17,667 nucleotides of DNA from a virus: UHGV virus genome UHGV-0114647; one strand, 5' to 3'. Positions 6,746 through 14,722 of the stretch are shown piece after piece. The notes below the pieces were generated by a model. The model saw only the letters and a program-made list of their open reading frames with translations. It had not been told where the DNA came from and did not search any database. Each line of letters begins with the position of its first letter. The first letter of the stretch is position 1. Position numbers and translations under genes: made by a program.

Positions 6746-8572
6746 ATGACTAAATCAATCTATGCAGTACCAGCAGGTCTTAATGCAGATGCTTATAAAG
6801 CGGGTCATATCTATCAGTATCCAGATGCTACACAGTATCTTATGTTGAACTTAACACCTCGTGGAGATAAATGGTTTAACTCTCCGTTAGAGATTGATGG
6901 TGTTGTAGCTTTTGGTATTCAGCGTTTTGTAAAAGACTATCTGGTAGACCACTGGAATGCAACGTTCTTTGAACGTGATAAGAAAGAAGCCATTGACGAA
7001 ATCTTGGAAATCATGAATGGTGTCCTTGGTGCAGATACTATTGGTCGTCAACATTGGGAAGAACTTCATGACTTGGGTTACCTACCTGTTGAAGTCTACT
7101 CTGTAGAGGAAGGTACAATTGTCCCTATGCGTGTCCCGATGATTGTCTTCAAAAATACTGTAGAGGGATTCCATTGGGTAGCTGGTTACCTTGAAGATGC
7201 TTTCTCTGCTGAAATCTGGAAAGCTTGTACGATTGCAACTATTGCACTGCATTACAAACGTATTTGTAAGCAATGGGCTGATTTAACCTGTGACAACGAC
7301 TCCCATTTACCTTGGCAGTGTCATGACTTTGCAATGCGTGGCATGTCTGGCTTCACAGATGATGCGTTTAACGCAGTAGGACACCTGACAAGCTTTAAAG
7401 GTACTGACAGCTTCCCTGCTGTCTACACTGCTAAACGTTCTTATGGTCAGTTTATGGAAGTAAGTGATATCGGCAACTCTGTACCAGCTACTGAACACTC
7501 TGTGATGTGCGCAAACATTTCATGGAATATGAAAGACTTGTCAGAGGAAGATATTCATTCACAGTACATCATGCGGTCTGATAGCTTGCTGGATGCAAAA
7601 CGTTGGCGTGGTGAGGTTAAAACCTTTGAGCATTTACTGGTAGACGTATATCCAACTGGTATTGCAAGTGTTGTTTCAGATACTTACAACTTCTGGCGTA
7701 CTGTTACAGAGATTCTGCCAGAGCTACGTAATGTAATTCTGAATCGTGATGGTAAGTTGGTAATTCGTCCAGACTCTGGAGACCCTGTTCACATTGTTAC
7801 AGGTTACAAAGCCGTTGAATGGGAAACTGCTAAGTCAATGTTCTACAAGCACATGAAAGGTCTTGCACCAGATAATACCCATCTGCATGACACAATCTTG
7901 AATTGTGAAATGTCTGATATTGGTTTTGGGTTCTCTGCTTGGTTAATCTCTGAAGGTTATGAGATGGTTGTTGAAAATGAAGATTTTGATTATATTGATA
8001 CAATCAACCTGATTACCGCTCAGAAAACTGGACAGTTTACTGTGAAGCGTATGTTAACAGCAGAAATTGATGGAGCTATCCACACGCTGTATAACATCTT
8101 TGGTGGTACTGTTAACTCCAAAGGGTACAAAGTACTGGATGAGCACATTGGACTAATCTACGGTGATTCTATCACTCTGGAAAGGGCTAATGAGATTCTG
8201 TCACGTCTTGCTGATAAAGGTTTTGCAAGTTCTAACGTAGTGTTTGGTGTAGGCTCATACACCTATCAGTACCTGACTCGTGACACCTTTGCATTTGCTG
8301 TTAAAGCAACTCTTGCACAGATGGATGGTCAAGAAATTATGCTGGCTAAAGACCCTAAAACTGACAGTGGTCTTAAGAAGTCTGCTTTTGGTGGAGTCGT
8401 CCCTATGTGGGATGGTGACAAGCTAGTAGCTGTAGATGGTTTTGGCTTTGCAGAGTTTGAAGGTGCAATTGACAATTGTCATAGTGCTTTGAAACTGGTA
8501 TTTAGTAACTCGCAACCTTATGGTTACGTTAACCTGCGTGATGTTCGAAATACTATTGACAAGCAACTTTAA
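6746..8572 (+). CDS. nadV: nicotinamide phosphoribosyltransferase family protein (NAMPT/NadV-like), 608 aa
   Basis: N-terminal DAYKAGHIYQYP (compare NAMPT DSYKxxHxxQYP); HDFAMRGMSG...HLTSFKGTDS (compare DFGYRG...HLVNFKGTD); VVSDTYNF; VIRPDSGDP; NSKGYKVL; GDSIT; FGVGSY; LTRD. About 100 aa longer than typical NAMPT. Confidence 0.8.
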   Translation: MTKSIYAVPAGLNADAYKAGHIYQYPDATQYLMLNLTPRGDKWFNSPLEIDGVVAFGIQRFVKDYLVDHWNATFFERDKKEAIDEILEIMNGVLGADTIGRQHWEELHDLGYLPVEVYSVEEGTIVPMRVPMIVFKNTVEGFHWVAGYLEDAFSAEIWKACTIATIALHYKRICKQWADLTCDNDSHLPWQCHDFAMRGMSGFTDDAFNAVGHLTSFKGTDSFPAVYTAKRSYGQFMEVSDIGNSVPATEHSVMCANISWNMKDLSEEDIHSQYIMRSDSLLDAKRWRGEVKTFEHLLVDVYPTGIASVVSDTYNFWRTVTEILPELRNVILNRDGKLVIRPDSGDPVHIVTGYKAVEWETAKSMFYKHMKGLAPDNTHLHDTILNCEMSDIGFGFSAWLISEGYEMVVENEDFDYIDTINLITAQKTGQFTVKRMLTAEIDGAIHTLYNIFGGTVNSKGYKVLDEHIGLIYGDSITLERANEILSRLADKGFASSNVVFGVGSYTYQYLTRDTFAFAVKATLAQMDGQEIMLAKDPKTDSGLKKSAFGGVVPMWDGDKLVAVDGFGFAEFEGAIDNCHSALKLVFSNSQPYGYVNLRDVRNTIDKQL

Positions 8573-8585
8573 AACAGTATGATAA

Positions 8586-8612
8586 GAGGCTCCTACGGGA
8601 GCCTTTTTAATT
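8586..8612 (+). terminator. rho-independent terminator
   Basis: GGCTCC-TACG-GGAGCC hairpin followed by TTTTTAATTT. Confidence 0.6.
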
Positions 8613-8625
8613 TGTGGAGATTACT

Positions 8626-8961
8626 ATGAAAATTAAACAGATGAATGTTAATTTAATCATTGAAGAACGTTGGGAAAACATCAAGCGCCATGAAGATGGT
8701 CATAAGTTTATCAATGAACTGTTTCAAGCAGCACAATCAGAGTTAGCTTCTGAGATTTATACAACGGTTACTTTGAAGGTTTATATCAAAGGTCTTCCAC
8801 AGAACCATCAAGAAGCTCTTGATTTGTTTCAAGAAGAATTTTACAATCCAAACAAAAAGATACTTGAGAATAGTTTTGCAGTATCTTCGAGTATTGTCCA
8901 TGACAGGAGTTTTGTCCTATTCAGAACTATAGGAGACAAGGTATGCAAGGTTATTGGTTAG
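8626..8961 (+). CDS. hypothetical protein (111 aa)
   Basis: ATG at 8626 with GGAG at 8616-8619. No recognisable motif. Confidence 0.5.
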   Translation: MKIKQMNVNLIIEERWENIKRHEDGHKFINELFQAAQSELASEIYTTVTLKVYIKGLPQNHQEALDLFQEEFYNPNKKILENSFAVSSSIVHDRSFVLFRTIGDKVCKVIG

Positions 8962-9122
8962 AAATTGTTCTTTCACTCGGTTGTATTGTTGCTATTGCAG
9001 TGTTACTATGCAAGTACTTCTCAGAGACTGAACCTTGTGATGGGTGTGAGGGTTCTGGGTTAGTTGGTATAGGACATTGTTGCCCTTACTGCAATGGAAC
9101 TGGAAAGAAATTTAAAAAGTAA
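8943..9122 (+). CDS. putative membrane-anchored micro-protein with DnaJ-type CxxCxGxG zinc finger (59 aa)
   Basis: Below the ORF-track cutoff. GGAGA RBS at 8931-8935, ATG at 8943. Translates to MQGYWLEIVLSLGCIVAIAVLLCKYFSETEPCDGCEGSGLVGIGHCCPYCNGTGKKFKK: one TM helix followed by CDGCEGSG and CPYCNGTG. Confidence 0.4.
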   Translation: MQGYWLEIVLSLGCIVAIAVLLCKYFSETEPCDGCEGSGLVGIGHCCPYCNGTGKKFKK

Positions 9123-9123
9123 C

Positions 9124-9153
9124 TTGACAGTGGCATCTATAAAATTATATAGT
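9124..9153 (+). promoter_or_regulatory. sigma70-like early promoter upstream of rIIA
   Basis: TTGACA at 9124-9129, then TATATA after a 16 nt spacer or TATAGT after 18 nt. AAGGAG RBS at 9171-9176 and ATG at 9185 follow. Confidence 0.45.
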
Positions 9154-9184
9154 TTGCCACATCGACAACTAAGGAGATATTCTT

Positions 9185-11557
9185 ATGCGCATGGTAAATG
9201 ACCACGCAACGGTAATTAAAAGCTCAAGTACACTGGAAACCTCTCAGGCTCAAATTAAGATGACACCTGAAATGTTCAGTCTTCTAAGCTCAGGTGTTTA
9301 CACATATAAAGAACGTGCTGTAATTCGTGAGTTATCATGTAACGCAGTAGATGCTCACATTGATTCTGGTAATGTTGATAAACCTTTCTTGGTTCACTTA
9401 CCAACTCGTTTTGAACCATTCTTTGAAGTTCGTGACTTTGGTACAGGGCTGACTCATGAAAAAGTTATGAAACTTTACATGACCTATGGAGAATCCACAA
9501 AGAACGATTCAAATGACTACATTGGTGCTATGGGTATCGGTTCAAAGTCACCATTTGCAATTGCTCAGTCATTCACTGTATCGAGCTATGTTGATGGTGT
9601 AGTTAACAAATACTCAGTTTACCTTGAGAATGGTATCCCTCAAGTAACTAAGTTGACTACTAACCCAACTACAGAGCCAAATGGTTTAGCTGTTCGAGTA
9701 GCGGTATCTGATAACCGTATTAACAAGTTTCATGAAGAAGCGAGCAATGTATACTCGTACTTTAAAGTTAAGCCAGAGTGTAATGTTGAGTACTATGACA
9801 TTCTTGAAGCAATGACTTCCATTTCTCGTGAAGATGGTGTCTATGATGCAATGAAGTACAAAGAGAACTGGCGTTCAAATAGTAACAGTGTCCATTTCAA
9901 CGTAATCATGGGTAATATTGCTTATCCTGTTGAAATGGGTGAGTTGCTTGGTTCAGAGTTTACAAGCATTCTGCCTCAGTTCTTCCGTAGTGCTGTAGAC
10001 CTTGTTAACATCTACATGCCAATTGGTTCAGTGGCTATTGCTGCATCCCGTGAAGCGTTGCAGATGAATGAGACTACTAAGACCAAGATTGTTGAAGCTG
10101 TGAAGAAAATTACTAAGACAATCGTAGAAGATGTGGTAAAAGAGATTGCTAATAAGCCAACTCTTATTGATGCTGCACAGGCTTACGATACCATGAGGAA
10201 AGAGGCTCGTGAAATCTTTAATCACGTCCAAGATTCTCTGGAATGGCAAGGCCAGAACTTGAAAAAGCTTGAACAGAAACTATTAGGTATTCGTCGTGGT
10301 CAGTTAACTGAAGCAGATGGTTCTCCGTCATTCTTGAAAGATGATGCAGGTAACTTGCGGCTTGACAAAGATGGTAATCCAGTTCCTAATATTGGTAATC
10401 TGTATGAACCTGTAGCATACTACAAGTACAGCAGTCTGGAGAATCGTATTCGAGCAACTTCAGCAACTTATTCACAAGATGCAGCAATGTTTAGTATCTT
10501 TGGTGCAATGAGTAAAGATAAGTTGAGCAACTATTTGTTCCTTATCAATGACCGTCGAAACAAAAACGGGTCTGAAAAGACAACTGGTAAAAACCAGATT
10601 ATACGTGGAGCTTGCCGTGACCGTGAACAGGAAGACTCTAACTTCCGTCGCTACAATGGTATTGCTTTCTTGTTCAGTAGTCAGCAGCAATTTGATGAGT
10701 TTGTAGATTTACATATGCTTGACAAGAGTCTGTTAAGTGTGCATACAATGTCATCTAAAGAGCACCACTATGAAAAACGTACTATTGTACGTGGTGTTGT
10801 AAAACTGTATAAAGCATTTATATGTCCAAATACTTACATGATTCGTTATACAGAGGTTAAAGAGAACTTTGATGAGATTGAAGAACCACAACTGTATATC
10901 AAAGCACAGAGTGATGAAGTGATTGGTGGAATCTTCTCATGTTCACCAGAACGTGCTGCAACGTTGATGACAGAGTTAACTGGACAGTCAGTTTATGTCT
11001 TCCGTAAAGCCAACTGGAAAAAGATTCCTGAAGACTGGACAGAAGTCAATGAACAAGTAATGAAAGATTTTATTGATAACACTCATTGGATTGAGTATCA
11101 TCGTTACTTGACTCACCAATATATGACTAATAATCATGATATCACTGATTGTAATGTGATTTCTCGAAACTTTATGTTTGCTGATAAGCGTAAGTCCAGA
11201 GGCCACATTTACAGTAAAGACTTTAAGAAGACTATTTTCTTAGAGGGGAATGAAGAGGCTATAGAAGCAATGTTTGGACGCTTGGCATATACTGCTGCAC
11301 CAGTTGCTTACAAAGATATTACCAGCACTCTTGATACCATCCGCAGGAATATGAGAGGCTCTTGTAAGCCAAGAAAGGTACTGGATAATGCTAAGAAGCG
11401 TCTTGAAAGCAAGTTCAAAGATTACTTTGAGAAACGCCGTAAAGAAAACTTCTTGCTTTCTAATCTGGATTGGAATAAAGTATCACCCGTCGAAGTTGGT
11501 AAGTTTTTAGGTTTTAACACTAAGAGCATCCCAGAAGATACCAACTGTTGGGAATAA
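9185..11557 (+). CDS. rIIA: rIIA protein (membrane-associated, GHKL-type ATPase N-terminal domain)
   Basis: N-terminus FSLLSSGVYTYKERAVIRELSCNAVDAH carries the GHKL N-box (E-L-x-x-N-A-x-D-A), and NDYIGAMGIGSKSPFA the G-box. Both segments closely track T4 rIIA as recalled. Size of 790 aa fits. Confidence 0.8.
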   Translation: MRMVNDHATVIKSSSTLETSQAQIKMTPEMFSLLSSGVYTYKERAVIRELSCNAVDAHIDSGNVDKPFLVHLPTRFEPFFEVRDFGTGLTHEKVMKLYMTYGESTKNDSNDYIGAMGIGSKSPFAIAQSFTVSSYVDGVVNKYSVYLENGIPQVTKLTTNPTTEPNGLAVRVAVSDNRINKFHEEASNVYSYFKVKPECNVEYYDILEAMTSISREDGVYDAMKYKENWRSNSNSVHFNVIMGNIAYPVEMGELLGSEFTSILPQFFRSAVDLVNIYMPIGSVAIAASREALQMNETTKTKIVEAVKKITKTIVEDVVKEIANKPTLIDAAQAYDTMRKEAREIFNHVQDSLEWQGQNLKKLEQKLLGIRRGQLTEADGSPSFLKDDAGNLRLDKDGNPVPNIGNLYEPVAYYKYSSLENRIRATSATYSQDAAMFSIFGAMSKDKLSNYLFLINDRRNKNGSEKTTGKNQIIRGACRDREQEDSNFRRYNGIAFLFSSQQQFDEFVDLHMLDKSLLSVHTMSSKEHHYEKRTIVRGVVKLYKAFICPNTYMIRYTEVKENFDEIEEPQLYIKAQSDEVIGGIFSCSPERAATLMTELTGQSVYVFRKANWKKIPEDWTEVNEQVMKDFIDNTHWIEYHRYLTHQYMTNNHDITDCNVISRNFMFADKRKSRGHIYSKDFKKTIFLEGNEEAIEAMFGRLAYTAAPVAYKDITSTLDTIRRNMRGSCKPRKVLDNAKKRLESKFKDYFEKRRKENFLLSNLDWNKVSPVEVGKFLGFNTKSIPEDTNCWE

Positions 11558-11564
11558 AAATAGT

Positions 11565-11593
11565 TTGACAGGGGATGAAAAGCCCCTTAGAAT
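11565..11593 (+). promoter_or_regulatory. sigma70-like promoter upstream of rIIB with embedded hairpin
   Basis: TTGACA at 11565-11570, 17 nt spacer, TAGAAT at 11588-11593. The spacer is the hairpin GGGGAT-GAAA-AGCCCC. Confidence 0.45.
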
Positions 11594-11636
11594 ACGAACC
11601 ACTAAGTAATTTTAAACAACAAAGAGAGATATTGAA

Positions 11637-12749
11637 ATGACTACTAAGACTAAAGCACAAATCGACGCAGAAATCTATGCACTGGTTAAAGAAGGTAAAC
11701 TGACCAAAACTGCAATCGCTCTGAAGTATAACACTTCAACCCGTTCGGTAGGTCGTGCTGTAGAGCGTCATGAAGCAACGCTGCTGTCAGGGAAAACCAA
11801 AGCAAAACCTGAAAAGACTCTGAAAGATATTGCAAAGAAAGCTAAAGCGACCAAGAAAGTATCTAAGCAGAAGCCTGTTGCAAAAGCTGTTAAAGAAGCA
11901 GTCAAAGCAGAACCTGTAAATGCTCTGCATGAAGCAATGCAGAAGAACAGCCAGATTGAGTACATGATTACTGGTGATTCTGTTATCATGACTTTCGGTG
12001 CAGAGTCTGAGATTGTTGAGTCAACTCACCCTAACTACACTGATATTGTAATGGCTGTTGTTTCAGGTGAGTACAAGAAAGCTTTTGAACTGATGAACAT
12101 TCGCAAGTCTATTGAGAACTTCACTCAGGGTGCTGTAACCATCAAAGGCGACAACCTGTATTACGGTGCTGTTCAGATGCGCTCAACTCTGGTAGACCGT
12201 ATTCTGGATATGATGAAGAAAGGTGATAATGGTTTTGTTCGACTGATTGCATTCTTCGAAAAACTGATGGAAAACCCATCAAAAGATTCTGTAGAACAAC
12301 TTTGGGGCTTTGTATCACACCTCGATGTTGAAATTGATGAAGAAGGTTATATCATCGGTTGGAAGAAAGTCACAACTCGTGGTGGTAAACTGTTTGACTC
12401 TCGTACCTGCAAAGTTCCAAATGATTTGGGTAACATTGTAGAGATGCCACGTTGGATGGTTGATAATAACCGCCATGTAACCTGCTCTCAGGGTCTGCAC
12501 GTTGGTGCTTGGAATTATGTAACTAGCTTCTCTGGTGACACTATCCTGAAAGTTCGTGTTCATCCTCGTGATGTTGTTTCAGTACCAACTGACTACAACG
12601 ACATGAAAATGCGAGCTTCCCGTTATGAAGTTGCAGCGATTGTAAATAGTCGCCGTGAAGTCATCAAAGAGTGGGATGGTTCAGAAGCACTCCACGTAGT
12701 TGTAGGTACTGCTGGTGAACTGATTTCTCAGCGTAAACGTGAAGTCTAA
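11637..12749 (+). CDS. rIIB: rIIB protein
   Basis: Immediately downstream of rIIA in the same orientation, as in T4. N-terminal region has the helix-turn-helix-like pattern expected for rIIB. Assignment is by synteny plus weak recalled similarity. Confidence 0.55.
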   Translation: MTTKTKAQIDAEIYALVKEGKLTKTAIALKYNTSTRSVGRAVERHEATLLSGKTKAKPEKTLKDIAKKAKATKKVSKQKPVAKAVKEAVKAEPVNALHEAMQKNSQIEYMITGDSVIMTFGAESEIVESTHPNYTDIVMAVVSGEYKKAFELMNIRKSIENFTQGAVTIKGDNLYYGAVQMRSTLVDRILDMMKKGDNGFVRLIAFFEKLMENPSKDSVEQLWGFVSHLDVEIDEEGYIIGWKKVTTRGGKLFDSRTCKVPNDLGNIVEMPRWMVDNNRHVTCSQGLHVGAWNYVTSFSGDTILKVRVHPRDVVSVPTDYNDMKMRASRYEVAAIVNSRREVIKEWDGSEALHVVVGTAGELISQRKREV

Positions 12750-12765
12750 TAAGTAAATTCCTAAA

Positions 12766-12793
12766 GGGGCTGCTTCGGCAGCCTTTTTTATTT
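12766..12793 (+). terminator. rho-independent terminator after rIIB
   Basis: GGCTGC-TTCG-GCAGCC hairpin followed by TTTTTTATTT. Confidence 0.65.
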
Positions 12794-12819
12794 GAAAAAT
12801 GTGCAGGTTAGTGTATAAT
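12792..12819 (+). promoter_or_regulatory. sigma70-like promoter
   Basis: TTGAAA at 12792-12797, 16 nt spacer, perfect TATAAT at 12814-12819. AGGAG RBS at 12841-12845 follows. Confidence 0.5.
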
Positions 12820-12850
12820 TGTCTGCATGTTTAACAAAATAGGAGTGCAA

Positions 12851-13399
12851 ATGAAGAAATTTGTTTTAGGTTTGTGCTTATTCTTTACAGCACATTTAGC
12901 TACAGCGTCTGACTGTCCAGAGCTTACAATCAGTCAGAAAGTTAATATGTTAAAAGCATATAACTATGGAGAAGGACAGATGGGAAAAGGTTGGGGAATC
13001 CCTTTAGCAGCTATAGCCTTACAAGAGTCACAATTAGGTGTCATGTTAGAAAATAAAAAGACTCATGATTATGGTGTTTTCCAAAATCACTTGAAGACTG
13101 TTGTAAAGCGTAACAAGGTATCTCCAAAGGTTGCTAAGAAGAAGCTAGTAAGCGACTTCCATTACTCAGCGAAAGAGGCTCATAAGGAGCTATTATTCTG
13201 GACTAAGGTTCATGGTAACCCAGATGGAAAGTACTCTATGAAGCGTGTCCTAGCTTCTTATAATGCTGGTTACAAATACAAGATTCCAAAGGCTAGACAA
13301 TACTCTCAAGATGTGTACAATAACATGAAACTGCTGGCTCAATGTGAGTTTGCAACAAACATTAAAAAGGTAAAATATGAGCGAATCAAAACAATTTGA
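12851..13399 (+). CDS. secreted lytic transglycosylase-like protein (SLT domain) with N-terminal signal peptide
   Basis: ATG at 12851. Signal peptide MKKFVLGLCLFFTAHLATA. SLT-like motifs AAIALQESQLG (catalytic Glu-Ser), DYGVFQ and ASYNAGYKY. Confidence 0.55.
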   Translation: MKKFVLGLCLFFTAHLATASDCPELTISQKVNMLKAYNYGEGQMGKGWGIPLAAIALQESQLGVMLENKKTHDYGVFQNHLKTVVKRNKVSPKVAKKKLVSDFHYSAKEAHKELLFWTKVHGNPDGKYSMKRVLASYNAGYKYKIPKARQYSQDVYNNMKLLAQCEFATNIKKVKYERIKTI

Positions 13400-14072
13400 C
13401 ATGGTTCTGTGTCATGCTTATGATATCAAGCCACTTGATTTAGATATCAGTTCTGCAAGTTGGCCAGATATTGCTAAAGCTGACTTTGCAGATACAGCAA
13501 GAAATGTTGTGTGTAGCTTTGAAGACTTCCACTCAACAAAGACACAGATTCCTTGTCAGGATTTGCTAACAGGTAAAACTGTATATGTTGGTCGTAATAG
13601 TCTTATCTTGGTTGCAAAGAACTTGGAAGAAAAACGTAAAATGGTCTTAGCAGACATTGATGGTGTTCTTACAAGCTTTGACAAGAAACTTAATGCAACT
13701 CTGTTAGATGACGGCACTTACTCACAGTATACTAACTTGGTAGACTCTCGCAGAGCTAAACCAACATATGTTTTTAACATCCTGTGTGGTATATCAAGAA
13801 ATGCTGATATAGGATTCTTAACTGCTCGTGGAGAATCACAAAGAGTTGTCACACATCTTTTCCTGAATGAGAATGTAGACAGTGATTTCCTACTGTTTAT
13901 GCGTGGATTTGGTGACAATGAGATTAGTGCAGAAAGTTTAAAAGTTCGTATGCTTCAGTCTTGCATTCTACCTTACTATGATGTAGTATGCTTTATAGAA
14001 GATACAGTGAAGAACGTGGCAAAGGTTGAAAGAATCTTACCACACATCAAAACAATGCTTGTTAAAAACTGA
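13377..14072 (+). CDS. hypothetical protein with HAD-like motif I (possible phosphatase/nucleotidase)
   Basis: MVLADIDGVLTSF resembles HAD motif I (hhhhDxDx[TV]); later GFLTARGE could be motif II. No P-loop, so not a Pnk kinase domain. Confidence 0.45.
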   Translation: MSESKQFDMVLCHAYDIKPLDLDISSASWPDIAKADFADTARNVVCSFEDFHSTKTQIPCQDLLTGKTVYVGRNSLILVAKNLEEKRKMVLADIDGVLTSFDKKLNATLLDDGTYSQYTNLVDSRRAKPTYVFNILCGISRNADIGFLTARGESQRVVTHLFLNENVDSDFLLFMRGFGDNEISAESLKVRMLQSCILPYYDVVCFIEDTVKNVAKVERILPHIKTMLVKN

Positions 14073-14083
14073 GAGAGTAAACC

Positions 14084-14548
14084 ATGCAAAACATTATTAC
14101 AGTAGCTATCGATGCTTCCGGTAACAAATCACAGGTAGTTCGTGAGATTATCAAAAGTAATTTCGATGGTAAAATCTTTCGTGCAGTAAACGTGAAAGCT
14201 GATGGTAACATTCGTGAGTATCGTGCCATGTTGAATGTCACAAAACACGTTAAGGGTGTTGGTTCAACTACTGCTCATAAAGAAAATCTGATGACTATCT
14301 ATGATATGGGTATGGCTTCAGAGTTAGGTGCAAAAGGGATTGTACAATCCGGTGCTCCTTACCGTTCTTTCAATCTGGAAACTGCTCTTATGCTTTCCTT
14401 TACAAGTGGTTCTCAAACTACCACTTACCTCTTCACAGATACTGCAACGGTTTCTGCGATTAAGGACAATACCATTAAGGCTGGCGTAGCTGCTGCTTCA
14501 AAAGCCTCAACAATGGCAGCAAATGTCCTTGCGAAAGTTCTTGGTTAA
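14084..14548 (+). CDS. hypothetical protein (154 aa)
   Basis: GAGAG RBS upstream of the ATG. Followed by a strong terminator. No recognisable motif. Confidence 0.5.
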   Translation: MQNIITVAIDASGNKSQVVREIIKSNFDGKIFRAVNVKADGNIREYRAMLNVTKHVKGVGSTTAHKENLMTIYDMGMASELGAKGIVQSGAPYRSFNLETALMLSFTSGSQTTTYLFTDTATVSAIKDNTIKAGVAAASKASTMAANVLAKVLG

Positions 14549-14557
14549 AGTTATTAT

Positions 14558-14585
14558 AGAGGCTCCTTCGGGAGCCTTTTCATTT
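14558..14585 (+). terminator. rho-independent terminator
   Basis: GGCTCC-TTCG-GGAGCC hairpin followed by TTTTCATTT. Confidence 0.6.
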
Positions 14586-14601
14586 ATGTAAGGGGTATAT
14601 T

Positions 14602-14703
14602 ATGATTAAAGTTATCAAGATAATACCATCATTGGTAATGCTCATAGTAGGGGTAGGTATCATACTTATGCTTTGCCCTGCTTTTTGGCCTTTTATCTTA
14701 TAA
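14602..14703 (+). CDS. putative micro-protein, single TM helix (33 aa)
   Basis: Below the ORF-track cutoff. AAGGGG at 14590-14595, ATG at 14602. Translates to MIKVIKIIPSLVMLIVGVGIILMLCPAFWPFIL. Confidence 0.3.
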   Translation: MIKVIKIIPSLVMLIVGVGIILMLCPAFWPFIL

Positions 14704-14722
14704 TAGTCTAGGAGATTGACAA

